The notes under the pieces are model-generated. The model did no database searches. It was not told the DNA's origin and was given only the letters and a program-made list of their open reading frames with translations. From positions 31,186,001 through 31,250,000 of the forward strand of contig NC_043012.1 of NCBI RefSeq assembly GCF_006345805.1: DNA of 64,000 bases, read 5' to 3'. Origin of the DNA: Octopus sinensis. Taxonomy: Eukaryota. Below are positions 53,691 to 64,000 of the stretch, piece by piece (positions within the stretch are counted from its first letter, which is position 1; each line of letters starts with the position of its first letter). The position numbers were made by a program, and so were the translations under genes.

Positions 53691-54109
53691 TTATATTTTC
53701 TATATTTTTAAATCCTGTGACATACAATGTAAGCATTTCGAAACTATCCCGTATTATCTGCCTTACTGTTTTGTATTTGAAGGTATTTTGTTATATCTAA
53801 ACTGTGTGAGTGTTATGTAAGCTTCAGTATACAAATGGGGATTCTTGAAGTCTTTTAATGCTGAATTCTGATTGGATTGATTACGTGTGCAGCTGTTAAC
53901 CGAGCGGTTTGCTCGTACAAATTACAATGCAGTGAAGCGGCAACAAACTTATCCACAATATTCTATAAAGGCTAATATATATCTCCTAAACACACACATA
54001 TATTTATATACAGAACTGCACACATACACACATGCTCATGTATATTATGTATGTATGTATGTATGTATGTATGTATGTATGTATGTATGTATGTATGTAT
54101 GTATGTACA

Positions 54110-54173
<64 letters not shown>

Positions 54174-54957
54174 GATGTATACGTGAATATATATATATAT
54201 CTTTGAATTTTTACATGGCAAAGGCTGAAGAATAGCTGCCAGTAGACTGTTTGAAACTTCAAATCACAGTCGGGGCCAACCCTTTCCATATACAAATTAA
54301 GCTGTAGATTCAATTTAAATGTTCGAATATTTTAAAATATAACTTTATAGAAAACGCAAGCACATACATACACACACACACATCTCACTTTCCCTCCTCC
54401 TCCTCCACCCCTCCTCCTCCACCCCTCCTCCTCCTTCTCTTCTGCCTCCCCTTCAGCCTCCTCCTCTTCTTCCCCTCCTCTTTCTCCTCCCCTCCCCTCC
54501 TCCCTCCTCCTATCTCTCTCACTCTCTCTATATATATTTATGCACACACACAGACACACACACACATAACTAACATTCAAGTTAACAAATCCACTTACAC
54601 TAACTCCGATGTTCACGGTTCCGATCTTCGACTAGTTGCGAACGCAGGAAAATCTAGAAGCAACATATAAAACTACTCCCAGGCGCAAAACACACACACA
54701 CTCGGAAATGTTTCGATATAATGTTGATTTCTTATTGAATGCAGGGGAAGCCATTACATTCTTGCATTTCTTATATGGTTGTTCGGATGAATAATACGGT
54801 TCTACTTTGATGTAAAACAGCATATGAACATAAAAATGTTTTATATTCAACGGGTTTTACTTAATCATTGAGCGTGTACCACCGTATAGATGTGCACATG
54901 TGGAAATGTGTGTACGTGTGTGTACGTGTGTGTGTACGTGTGTTGTGTGTTGTACAT

Positions 54958-55010
<53 letters not shown>

Positions 55011-55217
55011 TATATATATTATATATATCTCTCATGTAATGTATATATGGGAGCGTCTAGATTTGCTTACATAGAATGGTGTGAGTCCGTGTATGAATGT
55101 TTTTGTGTAAAAAAGAGTCAAAGTGTAAATGGGAAGATATGCTTTTGTGAATTTACGTCTATTTCACATATATATATATATGTATATATATATATATTAT
55201 GTTTACATAATATATAT

Positions 55218-55260
<43 letters not shown>

Positions 55261-55266
55261 TATATA

Positions 55267-55419
<153 letters not shown>

Positions 55420-55925
55420 GAGTGTATATATATATATATATATTCACACATATATACTTACATTTAGATTTATATAAATTTGCTTTAAAATCACGTTTTA
55501 AGCACCTTTCCATCGGATAAAAAAATTTTTAATGTTCATATGCTTTTAACAACTAAGTGGAAACGACCATATTCGAAATATGCGAAAAAGAATATGACGC
55601 TTGCTCGCATCGAAACAGGGCCCAGCATTATATTAAAACATTTCTGAGATGCTATATATACTGATTGTAATTGTTTTGTTCTATCATTCGCTAAAAACCA
55701 AATATCGGAAACATGAGACAAGGAATAACGTTTAGTAACATTCTCAGGCTGCAATAAATGGTAAGAAACTCAACAGAAGTTATTAAGTCCCATATATCTC
55801 GATGAAGGGCCACATACCAAACTTTTAAGAGCAGCTAAACATGAATTAGTAATAGCTAGTAAACATATGTCAAATGGCACTTTGTATTTGTTCTTGAGAT
55901 GTTCAAACGTTTGATCCTGACCTGT

Positions 55926-56015
55926 ATTCACCTGATGAAAAGGTCTTTTCTTTTTTTACATGATATAACACTTCTATTCATCAATAAAAACACGCCTGAA
56001 ACAGACGTAGTGAAT
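55926..56015 (+). ncRNA. Type I hammerhead motif with ~50-nt loop II
   Basis: ATTCAC-CTGATGA-aa-AGG[51 nt]CCT-GAAAC agac GT-A-GTGAAT. All core positions are canonical. Confidence 0.6.
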
Positions 56016-56487
56016 CACAATCCATCTGTTGTTATTTTTTCATCATACACCTAACTCGGAACCTGAAATTATTTTGGATCTAGAGTCTAATGAGTGTAGT
56101 GCAATAGATGCAGTGAATGTAGCCACGTGTGACCTTGACGACTCGTTGTGTATATTCAGTTAGCCATTTGTGATTGTACGCACAACTGAAGTGCAAATCC
56201 GTGTTTATTTCAGTAAGTACGTATTTGTCCTTATATTGTTTGCACACGATAGTGCTATCACCGACTTGACCTTAGTGCTTTACTATATAAGTATCTGATT
56301 ATCTTGAATCCTGGAAATTATATATATATATATCAGTAAGTAGAGTTAGCGGTTAGGGATAAGAATATCCGTCCTTACTACCGGTATCAATTACCTATGT
56401 TAACCCTGGGCATGGGTATGTAAGCATACTATATTCATAGAGTACAGGTAATAGCAGAATAAACAAGAGTTTATCAGGAATCAAATT

Positions 56488-56993
56488 TAAAATAAGCAGA
56501 AAACGGAGATAACTTTTGATCAACAAACAAATTGATCAACATCGGTTAACTATTTTTTAATACAAAACTTAACATTGATTACGGCCGTTTCGACTACAAT
56601 TGTCAGTCGGTGCCAACAAAGAAAATTCCGAAAATAATATTCGTCGTCTTTATAGCACATTCGATTTAGGACATGGAGCTTCATCTTTTGCCCATCGACT
56701 TTAAGCTGGTATGATTCTAATTTATTGAGCCTTCTTGCCTCATCTCGAGGCCCTATTCTTCCATCTTTCTTTTTTTATCTTATGTATTTGTATTCGCGGT
56801 GATAAAGTTCCATGTACTAGATAGAATGTGCTATAAAGATGACGAATATTATTTTCGGAATTTTCTTTGTAGACACCGACTAACATTGGTAGCCGAAACG
56901 GCCGTAAGCAATGTTAAGTTTTGTATTAAAAAATATATAACCGATGTTGGTCAATTTGCTTTTGTTAATCAAAAGTTTTCTCCATTTTCTGCT

Positions 56994-57000
<7 letters not shown>
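56488..57000. repeat. ~200-bp imperfect inverted repeat pair (56488-56685 / 56801-57000), probably PLE pLTR-derived
   Basis: Arms align as reverse complements along their length; both carry GAAAC-GGCC-GTA. Confidence 0.8.
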
Positions 57001-57052
<52 letters not shown>

Positions 57053-57804
57053 GAGTATGTATGTATGTATGTATGTATGTATGTATGTATGTATGTATGT
57101 GTGTATGTGTGTGGTGTGTGTGTGCGTATATCTACATGTATATCTAATAATATATACGTATATAAGCACACTTAGCCGCGAGGATCAAAATCAAGATGTG
57201 TACATTTGTTTTTAAGTCGTTCTTTTTCATTAGAACTCGAGAAAGACATTCATTGCTAGATTTTGTCTCGGAGAAATGTCTATTTATAGACTTTGTGTGC
57301 AAAAACACTTGGAAAGGAGTCCAGATGTCTACATGACACACTGTTTCAGCATGAATTTCCCTCCTCAGTCACAGATTTGGCCTAGTTCATTCTTAACTAG
57401 ACATGAACTTCTAGTCTTAAATGTATAAAACAGCAAACAATACATTACAAATGTATTGAGAGAGTACAGCTTAAATCCTCACGACTGAAGCGGTAGTTGC
57501 CTCTGAGGAAGCTTAATCATAGCGAAACACTGTCTGGTCGTGTACTGATATTATAAGGCGCTTGGCTGGATGTATTTTTATACAGAAAGATCGTAAACTG
57601 AAATTTTTATCAGTGACATATTCCTGTATCAAAAGGGCTTTTAAATTCTAGGTTTTTAAAAACAAATGATCAGTCTTTGCACACACATACATACATGCAT
57701 ACATACATACATGCATACATGCATACATACATACATACATACATACATTCATATAATGTATCTATATATATATGCATTCATAGACACACATATACACATC
57801 TATA

Positions 57805-57881
<77 letters not shown>

Positions 57882-57882
<1 letters not shown>

Positions 57883-58889
57883 AAATATTACATTATATAT
57901 AAGGGCTTAGTAAAATAAATTACTTTGCCACATACTGAACTCATTAGAAATAGCAGCTAAAGAAATTTCTTCAGCTATTTCTAATACTTAAAGAAGATCT
58001 CTCTCAGATAGTGTTTGCCTAAACCAACTCACAAAAGTATGGGGGAAAAAACATTAAAAAAAAAAAAAAATCAAGTGCAAAGGTTATTTGAGAACGTACG
58101 TTTCTAGATTAGTCAATTCGACATTTCTTTCTTCGGCTCAGAATTCCTTGAATCGGATTTGGGAACACTGAAAGTCGGGAGCATACCCTTTCGGCTTCTA
58201 ATCACCACTAGAATTCTGCTCGAACTAAAAGTGCTATCAAATTCGAATATGCAAGCGAAGAATTTCTGCTCTCCCCTTTCCACCAGCGTGGTTAAATTGA
58301 CAAACACCATGTATTAACGGTGAAAACCGCAGCATTTAGCAGAGAGAGATGAATTATAATTTCAACAATTGAGGGTAAAATTAATTAATTATTAATCAAT
58401 TTCACCAAGTATTCAGTATGTAAAGGGACCATTATAGGCGAATTCAAAATATTACATTATATATAGGGCTTAGTAAAATAAATTACTTTGCCACATACTG
58501 AACTCATTAGAAATAGCAACTAAAGAAATTTCTTCAGCTATTTCTAATACTTAAAGAAGATCTCTCTCAGATAGTGTTTGCCTAAACCAACTCACAAAAG
58601 TATGGGGGAAAAAACATTAAAAAATCAAGTGCAAAGGTTATTTGAGAACGTACGTTTCTAGATTAGTCAATTCGACATTTCTTTCTTCAGCTCAGAATTC
58701 CTTGAATCGGATTTGGGAACACTGAAAGTCGGGAGCATACCCTTTCGGCTTCTAATCACCACTAGAATTCTGCTCGAACTAAAAGTGCTATCAAATTCGA
58801 ATATGCAAGCGAAGAATTTCTGCTCTCCCCTTTCCACCAGCGTGGGTTAAAATTGACAAACACCATGTATTAACGGTGAAAACCGCAGC
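57882..58889. repeat. Near-identical tandem duplication, ~564-bp period
   Basis: AAAATATTACATTATATAT starts at 57882 and 58446; the second copy ends at ...AACCGCAGC (58889). Confidence 0.92.
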
Positions 58890-59803
58890 TTACATATATA
58901 TGCATCCGAGTTTGTGTATATATGTATATTTGTATGTATGTGTTTGTATGTATATATAAGTAGGTGTGGAGATTTTAAGTAATGCCATTTACTTACACTG
59001 TCAATTTTGTATTTATCTTTTCGATTTTTATACTCTATGATAGACTGTTATGTTATATTGTATTTTATGCTTTTTTCGTGAAACACGCACGACAAAACAC
59101 GAAGGTAAATGTTATTTGGAAGAAAGGCTCCTACTTTAAGCTTTAAAGCGAATAATACTATGTGTGTGTGTGTGTGTATATATGTAAGTAGGTAAAGAGA
59201 TTTTAAGTAGTGGCATTTGCTTTGTACAAGGAATTTTGTAATCTTTACAAAGTAAGATAGAATTCTGTTATAGACATTTTAATTTTTTTTTTTCTCTGAA
59301 ACACGCATGATAAAAAAAAAAAAACGAAATGAAAGGAAATGTTATTCGGATGAAAGATGGTCTCTTTTTAAATTGACAATAGGTCGAGTAACATTTCAAG
59401 AAGACATCAAAGATAGACACATCAGAAAGGAGGCGGGTACATGTTACAGAAAGATATGGCAATACACAATGTTTCTGCGCCTAATTATGCACACCTTTCT
59501 GGATTTGTGCTATCTGTTCACAAACAGACAAACTGAAACACATACGCACACATGCAGACATATGTATATATGCTATATATTTAACCATACGTATAAACAC
59601 ACAAACATACATACACAATCACCTCCCTCACACGCATATAAAGGAACTAATATATATATATTGTGTGTGCTTGTGTGCGTGTGTGTATGTATTAAATGCA
59701 TTTTGTTGTTTGGTCTATTTGAAATTTGTACAAAGTTGAGATTAAAAATAAGTCGATGCCGCTGTAAGTTTTCCCTATGAAAACATTATACACACATACA
59801 TAA

Positions 59804-59844
<41 letters not shown>

Positions 59845-59874
59845 GACACGCACTCACACACACACATACACACA

Positions 59875-61370
59875 TAGGGTGCGGTGAATAAATTGTTGTC
59901 TAAATTACGCAAAAATTAAAATAACACTCAGAAATACTAAATTTCTAAATCTCTCGTAGAGACATGTACGGTGGTGGGGAGATAGAATGGTTGTATACTG
60001 TCAATCTAACACGAACGTGACAGTAGGGGGTACACCACCGCTGTTTAGCCCTAGGAGGGTATCGATGCTTCCTAGGGCTAAACAGCGGTGGTGTACCCCC
60101 TACTGTCACGTTCGTGTTAGATTGACAGTATACAACCATTCTAAAATAACACTGACATCTCATTTTAAAAGTTATGTTTACTAAAATTACATAGAAATAT
60201 TTTGAAATACTAAAGAGAAAATTTATTCAATAAAATCACCTTAGGCTTCAACCACGGCCTGCAGACGACTTCGGAATCTCCTGCAACTCTTCTGGACGGC
60301 CTCCTTGTTTAAGATGATGAATGTTGCCATAATCCTTGCCTTCAGTTCATCTTTGGTGTTACAAGAAGTTTTGTTGGAATCTCGCTCAACTGTGCCACAC
60401 ACAATAATCAAGTGGGTTGCGGGCTGGGGTGTTAGGTGGCCATATATTAGGGGTGATGTGGTCGCAAAAATTGTCTGACAGCATAATGCAGCGTCCTGTT
60501 GCCAGACATAAGGTCTTCCAGCAGCCACCCTCTTCACGCAGGGCAGCGCTACCTCTTCCAGGCACTTGATGTAGGTCTCCGTGTTGAGTGTGATGCCGAG
60601 TGGGAAGATGAATAGATGCATAACGTTGTTTTCACTCGTGGTTACTCCAAACACCACGATGTTGACTGGATGTTTAATTTTTATCTCTCTCAGTACATGT
60701 TTTGGGGACACGGCAAGCCAACGGTTGTTCTGTATGTTCACCATCTGATCCTGACAGAAATTTTTCTCGTCTAAGAAAATCCAAAGCATGTTCGGAGAGA
60801 GGGGATGCTTGAGTTTGTTCAAAAGCTTCGTAGCGCGGCCTTTCCTCTTATCCTTGATAGCTTGGGATAAAAATTGGCCCTTTCTCATCTTGTATGAGGA
60901 ATACCAAATGTCTTCAAACACTACCTGCCTGATGAGTAATTCAGACCCTGACAATTGACAATTGACCTGATTGACTTGGAGGGATCATTGTCAGTCATGG
61001 TCTGGATCTCACCAACAAATTCAGAAGTTCTTTTCTTATCAGAATGATCAGAGTGAGTTTTCTGAGCTGCCATACCTTGTAATCACCATCAGACTCATCC
61101 AACTCTTTCCAAATCCTCTGCACTGTCCTCAGATTGACACCCAAACACTTTGAAATGTTCGTATTGGATCTTCCGGCGCGAATGCCAAGCAGTACAGCAA
61201 GTCTTATCCAAAATTCTGGCAGAGCGAATTGTGTCATGATGCTGTTTTTCTCATAGACGGTGTCCAACTGACCCTACTTTACTGTGTAGTCGACAAAATC
61301 AAAAACAATCAATGCGCATGCGTGAAATAAAATAAAGTAAAATACCGACAATTTACCCATCGCAACCCTG
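59875..61370 (-). mobile_element. Near full-length maT/DD37D-like Tc1-mariner element, frameshifted
   Basis: Imperfect TIRs TAGGGT-GCGGTGAATAAATTGTTG and rc CAGGGTTGCGATGGGTAAATTGTCG with TA at 61371. ORFs 60995-61267 (HTH) and 60241-60954 (WIFLDEKNF...GRPYVWQQD...RFRSRLQAVVEA). Confidence 0.85.
59983..60143. repeat. Perfect palindrome, 74-bp arms and 13-nt loop
   Basis: 59983-60056 is the exact reverse complement of 60070-60143. Confidence 0.95.
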
Positions 61371-61463
61371 TATATATATATATATATTATATATATATAT
61401 ACTATATATATATATATATATATATACATAATATATATATACATATATAATATATATATATAT

Positions 61464-61522
<59 letters not shown>

Positions 61523-61523
<1 letters not shown>

Positions 61524-61920
61524 GGCGCAGGAGTGGCTGTGTGGTAAGTAGTTGCTAACCAACCACATGGTTCCAGGTTCAGTCCCACTGCGTGGCATCT
61601 CGGGCAAGTGTCTTCTGCTATAGCCCCGGGCCGACCAATGCCTGTGAGTGGATTGGTAGACGAAACTGAAAGAAGCCTGTCGTATATATGTATATATATA
61701 TATGTGTTTGTTTGTGTGTCTGTGTTTGTTCCCCTAGTATTGCTTGACAACCGATGCTGGTGTGTTTACGTCCCCGTCACTTAGCGGTTCGGCAAAAAAG
61801 AGACCGATAGAATAAGTACTGGGCTTACAAAGAATAAGTCCCGGGGTCGAGTTGCTCGATTAAAGGCGGTGCTCCAGCATGGCCGCAGTCAAATGACTGA
61901 AACAAGTAAAAGAGAAAAAA
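61523..61920 (+). mobile_element. SINE family B
   Basis: Full unit from AGGCGCAGGAGTGGCTGTGTGGTAAG to CAGTCAAATGACTGAAACAAG. Confidence 0.9.
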
Positions 61921-61973
61921 GAGAGAGAGATGTATGTATATATATAATGTGTTTTCAATGGCTCAATAATGCC

Positions 61974-62051
61974 CTATGATAACTGGTGTAATTTAATCAT
62001 CCATAGTCTGATATCAGACTGTGGATGATTAGATTACATCAGTTATTATAG
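61974..62051 (+). repeat. 39-bp-arm spacerless palindrome (hairpin)
   Basis: 35 Watson-Crick and 4 G.T pairs, centred between 62012 and 62013. Confidence 0.9.
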
Positions 62052-62256
62052 TCCATTGCTGTTATTATAGTGCATTGTTGTGTCATTCAGAACACATTAT
62101 TACTATTTATTATTATTGTTTACAAACAATACACAATGCTTCAAGCGAACTACACAATAATAATAACGACCACAGAAGAATGAATTATACTTCGATATTA
62201 CGTAAATTAGAGGAATTTATCTATAAATATAATACGTCACAATTAGTTGGTTGTCA

Positions 62257-62319
62257 TAACAAAACTCAGAGTTTCGGATACCGAGACTGAAGTCTGCTCC
62301 GGCATCACATCAGTTATTA
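62257..62319 (-). ncRNA. Type I hammerhead motif, A9>U
   Basis: TAATAA-CTGATGT-GATGCCG gagcagacttcagtct CGGTATC-c-GAAAC tctga GT-T-TTGTTA. Confidence 0.6.
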
Positions 62320-62549
62320 AGACAAAACTTTATGAAAAAAAAACCCGTTGAATAAAGGGATATATATATACATATATGTGTGTGTGTGCGTACATGTATG
62401 TGTGTGTGTATATGTGTATATATACGGATTCTATGAATGAAGTATTACTTTCACCATGCCTATTGGAGTAATTTCCCTTTGTTCAACGGTTTTTTTCATA
62501 GCGTTTTGTCTTAATAACTGATGAGATGCCGAAGCATCTATTTATCTAT

Positions 62550-62602
<53 letters not shown>

Positions 62603-62632
62603 ATCTATCTATCTATCTATCTATCTATCTAA

Positions 62633-63680
62633 GTACAGGGGTAAGATTATGTGCACTTCTGTTTTTGTAATTTATTAAATCAGAAGCAGGGGTTGAACAA
62701 TAATACCATTTTTCGACATAGTTTGCTTGCTTTCCGGTTCACTTTTTCCAGCGTCCACAAGCTTGCTGATTCAATGGACGTTGTTCGGCTGGTCGCGCAG
62801 TCATTTATTCACCGTTTCCTGCGCTTCTTCGTCCGTAGCAAATTAATGACTATATAAAGGATGCCTGAGCGGTCGAAAAAGATGATAGTCGGAAGAGTGA
62901 GCTCTGGACTGTATGCAGGGTGTTCCAGCAACCCGAAACTCAATTTTTCGCTGGTGTCAACGGTGTGAGCAGCCTGTACGGTAGTTCATTATCGTAAGGC
63001 GGCGAGCTGACAGAAACGTTAGCACGCCGGGCGAAATGCGTAGCCGTATTTCGTCTGCCCTTACGTTCTGAGTTCAAATTCCGCCGAGGTTGACTTTGCC
63101 TTTCATCCTTTCGGGGTCGATAAATTAAGGACCAGTTACGCACTGGGGTCGATATAATCGACTTAATCCGTTTGTCTGTCCTTGCTTGTCCCCTCTGTGT
63201 TTAGCCCCTTGTGGGTAGTAAAGAAATAGGTAGTTCATTATCGTGAAACAATAACAGTTGCTTTGATAATAGACCTCAGCGTTTTGCGCGAATTGCTGGT
63301 TTCATTTTGTTGTCCAGCATTTCACTGAAAGTCTATACTGGTGACTGTAGATCTCTTTTCCATGTAATGCTTCAGTACAGGCCATTTTGCGTTCCAAAAA
63401 CGATTAGTATAACTTTCTTGGTACTCATCTCGCACACATTTTATGGAAGCGAAGCTTTTGGATGATTTCGTATGCAGAACTATAACTAATTTGCAGAGAA
63501 TATACCACCTCATCGATGGCCACTCGTCATTTCGCCAGAACCATCCCTCCAGCTTCTTGAATATTCACACCAGTGATGGACGTTGGTAGGTTTCCTGCAC
63601 CCACTTGGTGCTTTATACTTGTCTGACCATTTTTAAACTTCTCGATCCACTCATACACACTTCTATTCTGTAGAGTGTTG
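62633..63680 (-). mobile_element. Decayed mariner (DD34D) transposase split by a SINE
   Basis: STKKVILIVFWNAKWPVLKHYMEK...MKPAIRAKR*GLLSKQLLLFHDN | ...LEHPAYSPEL...SDYHLF...NYVEK. Confidence 0.8.
62996..63228 (+). mobile_element. Full-length young SINE family A
   Basis: 16-bp TSD GGTAGTTCATTATCGT at 62980-62995 and 63229-63244. Confidence 0.92.
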
Positions 63681-63694
63681 TCTATTTGTTGTAC

Positions 63695-63830
63695 GGAAAT
63701 ATGGTGTAGTGGTTAAGGTGCTGGATTCTCAATCTGAAGGCCGTGTGTTCGATTCTTTATCGAGCAGCGGAGTATTCTTTGGATAAGGGACAACATTTCT
63801 CATTACCCCAGACAGGTCAACTGAAATGAA
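63695..63830 (+). mobile_element. Diverged tRNA-derived SINE head
   Basis: TGGTGTAGTGGTTAAGG (A box) and GTGTTCGATTC (B box); no clean cloverleaf. Confidence 0.5.
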
Positions 63831-64000
63831 TACCAGTGGAGGGCAGTAACAGCTCCCACTATTTAAAGCTGCCACTTCCCAGACGATCTGCTAGATCAAA
63901 GGTGGGTGGGAGGAGAAAGTACCGGTGTCTGCTCGTGACAACATAGATTCCTAAATGAATTAGTGAAACATGACGCACGCTGCCATGTCATACTAGTTTA

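Overview
This is AT-rich, non-genic eukaryotic DNA made almost entirely of microsatellites and transposable-element debris. The recurrent tRNA-derived SINE families, Penelope, Dong/R4, RTE, Tx1, CR1 and Tc1/mariner remnants and the very dense (TA)n/(TACA)n/(TATC)n/(TAA)n tracts point to an octopus or other coleoid genome (inference, no database search). I can support no host exon, rRNA, functional tRNA or CRISPR array. Most listed ORFs are microsatellite read-throughs or decayed TE fragments. The most interesting signal is a set of hammerhead-ribozyme (HHR) motifs folded by eye. Several lie in outward-facing inverted-repeat pairs typical of Penelope-like element (PLE) pseudo-LTRs (41.3-43.8 kb, 56.5-57.0 kb, 62.3-62.5 kb), and one has an intact core with a large loop-II insert (55.9 kb). 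Other notable structures: a perfect 74-bp-arm palindrome inside a decayed maT-like transposon, a hairpin whose four mismatches are all G.U, a duplicated hairpin with a flipped loop, two insertions flanked by ~90-bp duplications, a stack of retroelement 3' ends in a (TAA)n tract, and a SINE/LINE shared 3' stem-loop with a compensatory base pair. SINE boundaries without a TSD are approximate.
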